NCBI GenBank assembly: GCA_018303655.1
Contig: JAGVXT010000021.1
Coordinates: 18,811-82,810, forward strand
Length of the DNA: 64,000 nucleotides
Source: Candidatus Woesearchaeota archaeon
Lineage (GTDB): Archaea; Nanobdellota; Nanobdellia; Woesearchaeales; GW2011-AR4
Direction of reading: 5' to 3'
This document shows positions 26,825-36,434 of this stretch, piece by piece. The notes under the pieces were generated by a model. The model worked only from the letters and a program-made list of their open reading frames with translations. It did not search any database and was not told the DNA's origin. The number at the start of each line of letters is the position of its first letter. Position 1 is the stretch's first letter. A program made the position numbers and the translations under genes.

Positions 26825-28164
26825 TGCTTTTCAGCCTCTTCTATAGCTTCTTCAAAAACTTCCAATCCTTCATCTAAAGCATTGTCTGGTATTGTCAGCG
26901 GAGGTCCTATCTTTATAGACTCCCTTCCTGTATGAACCAACAAAAGCCCTTTTTCCATGGCTTTGTAACACACCTTTGTGGCAAAGTCTGCATCGGGCTT
27001 TTTTGTCTTTGGATTGATAAATAATACGCCAGCCAATAATCCTTTGCCTAAAACATAAGATATTCTATTAGGATATTTTTCTTTAATTTCATTTAATCTG
27101 GAATGCAAAATTTTTCCCTTGCGCTCGGATTCTTTGATTAAATTTTTGTCAAATAGTTCTTCGAGAACAGCCAACCCTGCTGCACAACAGACTGGATTAG
27201 CGGAATGCGTGCTGCTCATAGAGCCAACATCTGGTATATCCATTACATCTTTTCTTCCCAATACCGCCGATAGTGGAAGGCTTGAGCTAATCCCTTTCCC
27301 GCAGCATATAATATCCGGCTCGATATCATAATGCTGGTATGCAAATAGCTTGCCGGTTCTTCCAAATCCTCCCTGAATATCATCAACACAAATCAAAATA
27401 TTATGCTCTTTGGCAAATTTGGAAAGTTCTTGAATATAATCGCTTGGATAAAAAACAGCTCCCCATCCTATATAGGCTTCAAGCATGAACCCAACTATGT
27501 CTTTATTGATATTAACTTTCTCTTCTAATTTTTTGATGTCATGCCTAAATTTTTCTTTGCCTGATATTTTGCCATTAAGCACCCATGGATATGGAAATTC
27601 CAGCCTGTGTACATTTGGGTCGTCAAAGCCTATCCATGCTCTTGACTTTTGGTTTCCACCCAGCATTTGCGCCCCCATGGTTCTTCCATGCATGCTGCCC
27701 TCAAAGGAGATTATTCCGGGTTTTCTCTTTCCAACTTTATGGGAGTACATGCGCATTAATTTTATTGCGCATTCCGTAGCTTCAGTGCCAGATGATAATA
27801 AAAAGGCTTTTTCAAATTGTTTTGGCACAGATTTTATAAGTTTTTTGATATACCTTGCTCTGATTTCTGTTATGAATGTATAGCTATGTAAAAGGTCATT
27901 GTCAATAATGCTGCTGATTGCCTTTTTTACTTTGGGATTTGAATGCCCGACATTAGCCACGAAAATAGTTGAGGTGAAGTCTATCCAGCAATTCCCCTCT
28001 TTATCCCAGACTTGGAAATTCTTTGCCTTGTCCCATACAACAGGCAATTGCCCATGCATGGACCTGACTTCATATTTTTTTAAGTTATTGATTAGGTTCA
28101 TAGCATTGGAGTTGGGGATTTTGGTGACTATTCTCCTGAATTTTGTTTTAATCATTTTAATCAT
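26821..28164 (-). CDS. Class III PLP-dependent aminotransferase
   Basis: SSGTEATE, HGRT, DDIQGGFGRTG, GKG, STH. Confidence 0.92.
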   Translation of the reverse strand: MIKMIKTKFRRIVTKIPNSNAMNLINNLKKYEVRSMHGQLPVVWDKAKNFQVWDKEGNCWIDFTSTIFVANVGHSNPKVKKAISSIIDNDLLHSYTFITEIRARYIKKLIKSVPKQFEKAFLLSSGTEATECAIKLMRMYSHKVGKRKPGIISFEGSMHGRTMGAQMLGGNQKSRAWIGFDDPNVHRLEFPYPWVLNGKISGKEKFRHDIKKLEEKVNINKDIVGFMLEAYIGWGAVFYPSDYIQELSKFAKEHNILICVDDIQGGFGRTGKLFAYQHYDIEPDIICCGKGISSSLPLSAVLGRKDVMDIPDVGSMSSTHSANPVCCAAGLAVLEELFDKNLIKESERKGKILHSRLNEIKEKYPNRISYVLGKGLLAGVLFINPKTKKPDADFATKVCYKAMEKGLLLVHTGRESIKIGPPLTIPDNALDEGLEVFEEAIEEAEKQ

Positions 28165-28192
28165 AATGACCTTGTATTTTTGTAATCTGATT

Positions 28193-28906
28193 TTAGGATT
28201 TTGTATAAAGGATGCCCTTTTTTTCTATTATGAATTGTAAATACTCAAAATCTTCCGGCTGGTCAACTTCCGCAGAGAAGGGGGTTATAAAGGCCAATAT
28301 TTTTGGCCCATGAAGGTTGTTGTGCTTCATTATAAAGTCTGGTACGAGCACATCAACATAGCCATTAGGATGGTAAGCTGGCGGAAAGCTTTGTCTTGGC
28401 AGGTTATAATATTCCGGCCTGGTGTCATCAGGAAACATGCCCACTAGAAATCCATTATTGATTTCGAATGCCTTGCGCGGAGATTCAGCCATTTCATGAA
28501 CTGATCGCAAAGATGATGCCTTATCATTGTTTTTTAAGGCCTTGATCGCCTTGTCAATTAATGATGGCTCCCTTAAAGGTGTTGTAGGCCTGAGGTGCAC
28601 CAGCAACTCCGGCAGACTGCCTTCCTTTTTTTTATGCCATTCTAAAAAATGGGATATAAATTCTATATCTGTAGACGTATCAATAGCCAACTCTCTGGGC
28701 CTCAAAAATGGGACCTCTGCCCCGTATATTTTGGCTATGTCTGCAATTTCCTGGGAATCCGTTGAGACTATTACCCTGTCAATATTTTTTGATCGCTTCG
28801 CTGCAATAATCGAATAAGCTATTAATGGGTAGCCTCCAAGAGGTTTGATATTCTTCTTTGGAATCTTTTTTGACCCGAACCTAGCAGGGATTATTGCAGT
28901 TATCAT
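28193..28906 (-). CDS. neuA: Acylneuraminate cytidylyltransferase (CMP-nonulosonate synthetase)
   Basis: IPARFGSK..PKKN, VSTDS, PFLRP, LRPTTP, RQ. Confidence 0.92.
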   Translation of the reverse strand: MITAIIPARFGSKKIPKKNIKPLGGYPLIAYSIIAAKRSKNIDRVIVSTDSQEIADIAKIYGAEVPFLRPRELAIDTSTDIEFISHFLEWHKKKEGSLPELLVHLRPTTPLREPSLIDKAIKALKNNDKASSLRSVHEMAESPRKAFEINNGFLVGMFPDDTRPEYYNLPRQSFPPAYHPNGYVDVLVPDFIMKHNNLHGPKILAFITPFSAEVDQPEDFEYLQFIIEKKGILYTKS

Positions 28907-28908
28907 TG

Positions 28909-29943
28909 TTAATCTAAATTTTCTACCTTCCTTAATTTTTTAAGGATTGGGATCTCTGACTCGTAAATTCTTTTTTTCCCATCCCCCAGATATAAGGGCA
29001 TCAATCTTGCCACCTCGCAAATGATCTCTATGCCTTTTCTTTCCAGGCTTGCAGACTGGTCGCTTCCGAACATGGATCTGTCCAGAGTTATATGGCGCTC
29101 TACCATGCAAGCTCCCAATGCTATGGCAATCAAAACCGGGTACACCCCTGGCTCATGGCCGCTGTAGCCAACAGGGCAATTGAAGAATTTCCTGAAGGTT
29201 TTTATGACATTTAAGTTATGCTCATTTGGCGGAGTGGGGTATGTTGAAGTGCAGTGCATGATGATTAGATTATTTTCCCCTAAAATATTTACAGCCTTTT
29301 GTATCTGCTCCATTGTGCTCATCCCAGTAGACAATATAATTGGCTTGTTGGTTGATTTTACTTTCATTAAAAGTTTTTTATTAGTCAGCATTGCTGATGC
29401 AATCTTATGGCATGACACATCAAATTTTTCCAGAAAATCAATGCTTTCTTCATCCCAGGCAGATGCAAACCAGATGATATTTTTTTTCCTGCAGTACTCA
29501 TCAATTTCCTTGTATTCATCATAGCCAAATTCTAATGCGCGCTTCAAGTCACCATTGGTTTTGCCAAAAGGGCTTTCTCTGGACATTTCCAGTTCTTCTT
29601 TTGGGTAAACTTTCTCAATAGTCCTCTTTTGAAATTTTACCGCATCACATCCGGATTCAGCTGCAATATCAATCAATTTTTTGCAAATTTCCATGTTTCC
29701 ATTATGGTTTATTCCAATTTCAGCTGTGATAAAAACTGGTTGGTCATGACCCACAAGCTTGCTTCCAATCATAACAGGCTTAGGGTTTCTTTCTTCGAGA
29801 TACATCTTCTCATAAATTTTCCAAGCCTGGGAAATTGCCTGAGTTTTGTTGGGGATAATCCCCTGGCTGTTGTTCACTAATTCAGTAATTTTTCTATTTA
29901 ACTCTTCTGGAATTGTTATTGACTCATATCCTTCTTTTGGCAT
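28909..29943 (-). CDS. neuB: N-acetylneuraminate synthase family protein with N-terminal ribbon-helix-helix-like extension
   Basis: AEIGINHNG, AVKFQKR, KIASA, LSTGMS, HCTSTYP, GYSGHE, ERHITL, SD; no C-terminal SAF/AFP domain. Confidence 0.92.
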   Translation of the reverse strand: MPKEGYESITIPEELNRKITELVNNSQGIIPNKTQAISQAWKIYEKMYLEERNPKPVMIGSKLVGHDQPVFITAEIGINHNGNMEICKKLIDIAAESGCDAVKFQKRTIEKVYPKEELEMSRESPFGKTNGDLKRALEFGYDEYKEIDEYCRKKNIIWFASAWDEESIDFLEKFDVSCHKIASAMLTNKKLLMKVKSTNKPIILSTGMSTMEQIQKAVNILGENNLIIMHCTSTYPTPPNEHNLNVIKTFRKFFNCPVGYSGHEPGVYPVLIAIALGACMVERHITLDRSMFGSDQSASLERKGIEIICEVARLMPLYLGDGKKRIYESEIPILKKLRKVENLD

Positions 29944-29965
29944 TCATATCACCCAAACCTTGTGG

Positions 29966-30028
29966 GTACGGTACGTATATTTAAATATATCTGTTTTTTA
30001 GAGAAATTCTGTAAAAGTACCGTACTTT
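29966..30028 (-). promoter_or_regulatory. neuB promoter: TATA box flanked by two GTAC-N-GTAC sites
   Basis: GTACGGTAC at 29966-29974, TATATTTAAATATA at ~29976-29989, palindrome AAAGTAC-C-GTACTTT at 30014-30028. Confidence 0.6.
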
Positions 30029-30119
30029 AAATAACAATTTGATGTTAAAAGGAAGGGGCGGTTTTCTCAAATACTAAACAAAATCGCTTTCAATAAAATT
30101 TATATATTAAAGGGGACTG

Positions 30120-31182
30120 ATGGTTGGCATGCTAAATAAAAGATATGAATTTGATGGAAAACCGACACTTAAATTAAATAAGCTCCAGCTGAAAAATAAA
30201 AAGCTTGTAGAAGATAAAATTAATTCAAAAGAATACACCTTTGAAAAGGTTAATTGCGTTATTTGCAATGGCTCTGATTTTGAATTATTGGCAGAGAAAG
30301 ATAGATATGGTTTATATGTTCCTACAGTAATTTGCAAAAAATGTGGTTTACTTCAAACAAATCCGAGAATGAATCAGGAATCCTACAATAAGTTTTATGA
30401 TTCAAATTATAGGAGATTATACGAGGGAGGGGAAAACGAAGAGAACATTGCATCCTTCTTTAATAAACAAGTATCTCATGGAGAGTCAATCCTAATGCTT
30501 ATAGAGAGAGAGAGCAAATAATAGATTTGAGAATAAGTTTGTTGTTGAAATTGGAGCAGGTGCAGGAGGCATACTGCAGGCTTTTAAGAACAGAAACAAC
30601 AAAGTCTTTGGCTTGGATTTAGGAACAGAGTACATTAAATTTGGAAAACAAAAGGGCATAAACTTAGAGATAGGAACCATTAAGGAACTAAATAAATTAA
30701 AAGAAAAGCCTGACTTAGTAATTTATTCTCATGTTTTAGAACATATATTAAATCCCTATGAAGAACTAAGAAGATTAAGGAAATACCTAAAGAAAGACAG
30801 CCTAGTCTATATTGAAGTCCCAGGCGTTAAAAACTTAGAGCAATCCTACAACCAGGATTTCCTCAAGTATCTCCAAAATGCACATGTGTATCACTTTTCA
30901 TTGAAAACTTTAGGAAATCTGACAAAGAAAGCAGGTTTTGATTTAATTTATGGAAATGAAAGAATTAATTTAATATTAAGAATAGGGAAAGCGAATAACC
31001 ACTTCCATAGCGATTACAAAGAAACAATTAGCTTTTTGATGAATCTCGAAAGAAGAAGAAAAAATCCACTCAACATGCTTAGAATAAAGAGTCAGGTTTT
31101 TGATTTCCTAATATCCCTAAGCAGAAGAACTAGCACTTTTAAAATAGGAAGAAAAATATATCATTCAATTAAACGTAAATAA
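30120..31182 (+). pseudogene. Zn-finger class I SAM methyltransferase split by a frameshift at an (AG)6 tract
   Basis: Frame 1 has CVIC...CKKCG then stops at 30521; the +1 frame from 30514 reads ANNRFENKFVVEIGAGAGG...SHVLEH...IEVP. Confidence 0.85.
30503..30514 (+). repeat. (AG)6 simple sequence repeat at the frameshift site
   Basis: atAGAGAGAGAGAGcaaataa. Confidence 0.9.
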
Positions 31183-31341
31183 GAGAAAACTGCCCAGAAT
31201 TATTGTTCTTGAGGTATCGCATTCGCTCAATAGATAGAACACTCCTGAAAATTACTTGCTCCGTTTCACTCCGCACCACGCTGCGCTCTTGGCTTAGCCT
31301 ATTAATAGGGTCCCGATGAAAAACGTTTTTTATTTTGAATA

Positions 31342-32832
31342 TTAGGTAGCTCTAAGCCTCCTTAATAATTCTTTTACTTCAGAAACAGTCACCAATCCCC
31401 ATATGAATAAAGATATAACATAAATTGCTCCTGAAACTAATAATATAAGCGGTATTTTAACAAATAAATTCATGGTCATTTGTAGATTGAGGTAGTTCAC
31501 TATTAAAAGGAAGACTATAGAAATGGCAAGATTCTTTATCCATCTAATATACGGTATCTGTATAAGATTTTTCTTTTTAAGAATATAAAGTCCTAAAAGC
31601 GCCATTGATAGGTAAGATATTGCAGTTGCTACTGCAGCTCCCGTAAATCCGAATTTTGGTATTAAGAGAAAATTGAAAAATATGTTTAATATTGCACTTA
31701 TTCCTATTATTTTCGTATTAATACCTGGTTCTCCTATACCAGAAAAAATTCCGCCATTTATTCCCTGAAATGTATGGAACATGATGCCTATTGCCAATAT
31801 TTTCAGAGCCATGCTTCCAATCACATAATTGCTGCCATAAAATAATTCCAGAATTATACTGGAAAATATGATTAATAATGATAAAACTGGCAAGATTAAA
31901 ATCAAAGAAAATCTGTATAATAACCCTATTCCCTTTTTTAGCTCCGTTTTCATTCCTTTATTCCATAATTCAGAGGTAATAGGTAAAAGAACATATCCAA
32001 TAGCACTGGTTATATACCATGTAAGCATTGCAGTGGGTAATACCGCACTGTAGATGCCAACTTCTTCCAACCCTCTAAAATAAGTGATCATTAACTGGTC
32101 AGAATATCCTATCACTATTCCTACTGAAGAAATTAAAATTACTTGTATTCCGTACTTTCTCAGCCTCTTGAATAATGGCTTATCCCAAAAAAATTTATTT
32201 TTAGTAAACGCATCAAAATTTTTATATAAAAACGGAAAGTAAACAAAAAGCAGGATTAAAGAGGTAATAATGTATGCTATAACGGGGCTTAATATGCCAT
32301 AATCCATTTTAAAAAATATTAAGGATATGGCAAGTATCAATATCATTCTTATGATATCTACGCTTGAGAATAGTCCCATCTTTTGGAATCCTTGAAATGA
32401 TGATTTTATTAAAAGTACAAAACTATCAACGAACAAACTTATTGCCATTAATATCAGAACTATCGGTCCAAAGTCGTGTTTTAAAAAATTGACGCCTAAA
32501 TATTTTGCAAAAATCAAAATAATAATTAGAAATATAATATTATTTACTAATAAAACGATGCTAGCGTATATTATTGAATTTTTTATATTCTGGAATTCTG
32601 ACTTTGCTGTAAATTTAGGGATAAAAAAAGCCAAAGCGGTATCTAACCCCAAACCTTTAAAAAAACTAAAGAATCCCAAAAACGCTATTGTTGCGTAGAA
32701 AAGCCCGAATTCTTCAACAGTCAAATTTCTTGCAAAAAAAATCCTAACAAAGTATCCAATAAAAGCCGCGACTATAGAAATCACAAAAACTATTACTACA
32801 TTTTTCAAAGCCTTTTTTGTGTAATTAGTCAT
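31342..32832 (-). CDS. Flippase (Wzx/MOP family)
   Basis: Multiple TMs, FARNL..EEFG, D..MI...G..EVGIYS, LIPKFG..GAA.AT. Confidence 0.92.
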   Translation of the reverse strand: MTNYTKKALKNVVIVFVISIVAAFIGYFVRIFFARNLTVEEFGLFYATIAFLGFFSFFKGLGLDTALAFFIPKFTAKSEFQNIKNSIIYASIVLLVNNIIFLIIILIFAKYLGVNFLKHDFGPIVLILMAISLFVDSFVLLIKSSFQGFQKMGLFSSVDIIRMILILAISLIFFKMDYGILSPVIAYIITSLILLFVYFPFLYKNFDAFTKNKFFWDKPLFKRLRKYGIQVILISSVGIVIGYSDQLMITYFRGLEEVGIYSAVLPTAMLTWYITSAIGYVLLPITSELWNKGMKTELKKGIGLLYRFSLILILPVLSLLIIFSSIILELFYGSNYVIGSMALKILAIGIMFHTFQGINGGIFSGIGEPGINTKIIGISAILNIFFNFLLIPKFGFTGAAVATAISYLSMALLGLYILKKKNLIQIPYIRWIKNLAISIVFLLIVNYLNLQMTMNLFVKIPLILLVSGAIYVISLFIWGLVTVSEVKELLRRLRAT

Positions 32833-32861
32833 GCTGCATATTAGATTATTTAATTTTGATG

Positions 32862-34718
32862 TTAAGCAACCTCAAATATTATCATTCCATTATTGCTGAA
32901 AACGGATCTGAACTTGCTTGATTTTATAAGCCCCTGAATCTTGTTATTTGTTTCATTTGCTCCAAACTTTCTAGCGGTTTGGCCGTCAATCACAATGTAT
33001 TCATACTGGCCTTTCTTAAGCCATTCATAATTCTGCTCAGCTGTCAGGTTAAATCCATTGCGCTGATAGGTTCTGGTGTCATCGCACCAATGGCATATAA
33101 ACTTATCAAGGCCAAGTATCAGCGCATTGTTCGAAAATGTGAATGTTTTTTTTCCAGGCGCTATGTTTTCCTTAAACCAAATGTAGCCCTGGATTTCCTC
33201 GTTTGATGTCCAAAATCCTCCCGGAGGCCATAAGGCTGTGTTTACTGTATACTTAGGAATAAAAGATGTTGTGATGATGCCATAAAACAAAATTCCAAGC
33301 ATGAGCAGCGAAGCTGCAGTTATTGCCGCATTTGATTTTGTAATGCTTTTAACAAGGCTTTTGGCAAAATTTTCTATCAAGCTTATAGCCTCTCCGGACA
33401 ATAATGAGACAGGGATTGCAAGCAGCATCCATGCCCTGAACGGGGATAATTTTATTGGAAACCTGGCAGCATTGACTGCATAAAAAGCAAAAGCAAGCCA
33501 CAGTAATGTGACAAGCCTGCTGTAATTTTCCTTCCTGAACATTTCCTTGTATTTTGAAACAAGAAAAATAATGCCTATTGCTGTTAATAGGGAAAGAATA
33601 ACTCCTATCCCTATTGGATTATTTATCATGTTAACTCCCTTGGCAAAAATAAAATCAGATAAATTGTAAATTCTGTCTCCGGTGCCTGCTATGCCTACAA
33701 CACTGGGATTTGTGCCTAAAAAAGTTCTTACAAGACCATTAAAGCCATAAGCCTTTATCATCGGCATCCACCATAGAATGAAAGACAGCAATAAGCCGGA
33801 AAATCCCGCAAGAAATTCGTACATAAAAAATTTCCTTTCAACTAAAATTCTGCCAATGAAGTATATTAGGAGAAATAAGCCAAAATAAGTGCTGTGGGTT
33901 GGGGATGAAGTCAATGTTGGCGCAATAACTATTGCAGATGCCATCCACCATGCTTTGTCATCTTTTATTTTTTCAATAGCATAAAATGAAACAAAGAACA
34001 ATGGCATTGTCAAGGCGATTGCCCATATAAAATGGCTTAAGAAAGATGGTATGGCAAATAGTGAGAATGCTGCAAATAATGCTTTCTTTGGGCTGTTTGT
34101 GAATGCTTTCGCAAAAAAATAGAAGAATATGATGCTTAATGACACAATTAATGCATTGAAAAACTTGAGAGTCCAGTAAACTGAATTATTTGACTGGTGC
34201 AGAATTCCCATGAGCATATCATATGCAGGGGGATAAGGGTCTATGTAATGGAAAGGGTTTCCAACATTTCGTGCAAAAACGGTCTTTTCAATGGATACAT
34301 ACTTGACGCCCATGGCATGGCTCCATGAATCATCATCCTCTAAATAGGGATATGCAAAAGCCCCTTTAGCATTCATATAAAGAGAAGCAGAAAATAAGAT
34401 AAGCGCTATTAGTGGAAATATGCTTATTGAAAAGTCTTTTGAGTTTTTAAAAATAATTCTGCCTTTCTTGAAATCTTTAAATATCCTGATAAAAATCAGC
34501 AAAATGCTTGCCAACAGGAATATCCTCCAGTCCAGGGGAATTCCGATAAGGTTGAGCAGCAAGCCAAAGGATATCATAGCTCCAAGCCCAATCCCAATCC
34601 TCATTATGTTTCTCTCTAAAAAGTCCTCTGACTCCCTGGCTAATAAGCCAGCACCTAGTCCAAATCCCCATGTGTACAAAAAAAATAAGATTATGCTTAA
34701 TGCAAACATCAATAACAC
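32862..34718 (-). CDS. Multi-TM membrane protein, probable GT-C fold glycosyltransferase
   Basis: About 13 TMs, EDDDSWSH acidic loop, YPP, C-terminal soluble domain with 'W.KEN'. Confidence 0.65.
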   Translation of the reverse strand: MLLMFALSIILFFLYTWGFGLGAGLLARESEDFLERNIMRIGIGLGAMISFGLLLNLIGIPLDWRIFLLASILLIFIRIFKDFKKGRIIFKNSKDFSISIFPLIALILFSASLYMNAKGAFAYPYLEDDDSWSHAMGVKYVSIEKTVFARNVGNPFHYIDPYPPAYDMLMGILHQSNNSVYWTLKFFNALIVSLSIIFFYFFAKAFTNSPKKALFAAFSLFAIPSFLSHFIWAIALTMPLFFVSFYAIEKIKDDKAWWMASAIVIAPTLTSSPTHSTYFGLFLLIYFIGRILVERKFFMYEFLAGFSGLLLSFILWWMPMIKAYGFNGLVRTFLGTNPSVVGIAGTGDRIYNLSDFIFAKGVNMINNPIGIGVILSLLTAIGIIFLVSKYKEMFRKENYSRLVTLLWLAFAFYAVNAARFPIKLSPFRAWMLLAIPVSLLSGEAISLIENFAKSLVKSITKSNAAITAASLLMLGILFYGIITTSFIPKYTVNTALWPPGGFWTSNEEIQGYIWFKENIAPGKKTFTFSNNALILGLDKFICHWCDDTRTYQRNGFNLTAEQNYEWLKKGQYEYIVIDGQTARKFGANETNNKIQGLIKSSKFRSVFSNNGMIIFEVA

Positions 34719-34750
34719 AATGGGTAAGAAAGGAAAGGCGTATAAAAAGC

Positions 34751-35461
34751 TTACCTTTGTATCAGGAACTCAACATGCCATGTCAGAAATTCGTTAAAAA
34801 ACGGGATTTTTGCAAGATTTATTGGAAAATGTCTTGTCGATACGCCTATTGTCTTTAACCCGCTTTCCCTGATCAGCTTTTTTGCTTTGCTGATTGCCAT
34901 GATGTACAGTTTTCCATATTCATCATCATAAGATGAGTAGCTTCTCACCTTATAAAATTTTCTCGCCAGTTTTATTGCTGTTTTTTCCCCAAAATAATGG
35001 AAAGGCTTGAACTGGTGGGCCCCGACCGGGCTCCAGAAAGGAGGGAAGCTTAGGTAGCATATGCCTCCTTTTTTTAATATCCTTCTTATTTCCAGCAGCA
35101 TTTTTTTAGGCTCTCTTAGGTGCTCTATAACGCTGGAGCAGAAAACAATATCAAAGCTGTATGGCTTAAATGGAAGGATTGCAGCGTCCGCATTGACAAA
35201 TCTTTTATTAATTGCATTGAATTTTTTGCTGTCCATGTCCAGAGAAATGACATGCGCGCCATTCTTGGTTAGCGCGTAAGAATATCCTCCCCTGCCTGAT
35301 CCTATATCAAGAACTCTGGTGCTTTTTAACATGATATTTTTTCTTTTTAGCGACTTTATGACCATCTCTGCCTGAAATTTCTCAAATTCAAAATAGTCCA
35401 TTTCAGACTTATTTCTACTTTTGGCAAGCTTGTAAAGTTTTATGTATTCTTTTATATGCAT
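34751..35461 (-). CDS. Class I SAM-dependent methyltransferase
   Basis: VLDIGSGRG, LPF..SFD, VIEHL, LKKGG. Confidence 0.9.
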   Translation of the reverse strand: MHIKEYIKLYKLAKSRNKSEMDYFEFEKFQAEMVIKSLKRKNIMLKSTRVLDIGSGRGGYSYALTKNGAHVISLDMDSKKFNAINKRFVNADAAILPFKPYSFDIVFCSSVIEHLREPKKMLLEIRRILKKGGICYLSFPPFWSPVGAHQFKPFHYFGEKTAIKLARKFYKVRSYSSYDDEYGKLYIMAISKAKKLIRESGLKTIGVSTRHFPINLAKIPFFNEFLTWHVEFLIQR

Positions 35462-35549
35462 CTTTGCGCTAATTTCAACAACAATGCAGGATTAAAATGA
35501 TTTCCCCGACACAGAAAGGTATTTAAATAGTTTGCCTTTTTGGAATGCT

Positions 35550-36431
35550 ATGAAAATTGTTGTTACAATACCGGCTTTTAACGAGGCAAAAAGCATTGGA
35601 AGGCTGATAAAAGATATAAAAGAAGCCATGGGCAGCAGCAGGTACAGCTACAGCATTTTAGTTGTAGATGACGGGAGCACGGATAAAACTGCGGAGATTG
35701 CAAAAAAATCAGGAGCCGTTGTTTACTCGCACCCTAAAAATTATGGGCTTGCGGAAACTTTCAAGACAGAAATAAAAAAGTGCCTGGAATTAAAAGCAGG
35801 TGTAATAGTTCACATAGACGCTGATGGCCAGTATCTTCCTAAAGAGATTCCCAGGCTGTTGAAAGAAATTAAAAATGGCTACGACCTTGTCTTGGGTAGC
35901 AGATTTGAAGGCAAAATAGAGTACATGCCGCTAATAAAGAGGATTGGAAATGCTGCATTCTCCAAGGTTGTGTCCCAAATAACCAGAATAAAAATAACAG
36001 ACGCCCAAACTGGCTTTCGGGCATTCACAAAAGAAGTTGCGCAGCTTCCGGTAATTTCAAACCACACCTACACCCAAGAGCAGATTATAAGGGCTGTAAA
36101 AAATAAGTTTAAGATTAAAGAAGTGCCGATTTACTTCGCAAAAAGAGATGGAGAGAGCAAGCTGATAAGAAATCCCTTTGAGTATGCTGCAAAAGCTTGG
36201 ATAAACATCATAAGGATTTACAGGGACTTTGAGCCATTAAGATTTTTTGGGATTTTTGGGAGCCTCATATTTGGAGTCGGGATTGTGCTTGGGCTTTATC
36301 TTGTTTATTTCCAGTTTTTTGGAGGAGGCGCTTTCCGGCATTTGGGATTGATGATGCTTGATATTTTAATCTTAAGCATCGGCTTGCAGGTAATAATATT
36401 TGGGTTCCTGGCCGATATGTACGCAAAATAA
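35550..36431 (+). CDS. GT2 glycosyltransferase (Dol-P-sugar synthase-like, two C-terminal TMs)
   Basis: IPAFNE, VDDGSTD, DADGQY, GSRF, DAQTGFRA. Confidence 0.92.
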   Translation: MKIVVTIPAFNEAKSIGRLIKDIKEAMGSSRYSYSILVVDDGSTDKTAEIAKKSGAVVYSHPKNYGLAETFKTEIKKCLELKAGVIVHIDADGQYLPKEIPRLLKEIKNGYDLVLGSRFEGKIEYMPLIKRIGNAAFSKVVSQITRIKITDAQTGFRAFTKEVAQLPVISNHTYTQEQIIRAVKNKFKIKEVPIYFAKRDGESKLIRNPFEYAAKAWINIIRIYRDFEPLRFFGIFGSLIFGVGIVLGLYLVYFQFFGGGAFRHLGLMMLDILILSIGLQVIIFGFLADMYAK

Positions 36432-36434
36432 ACC

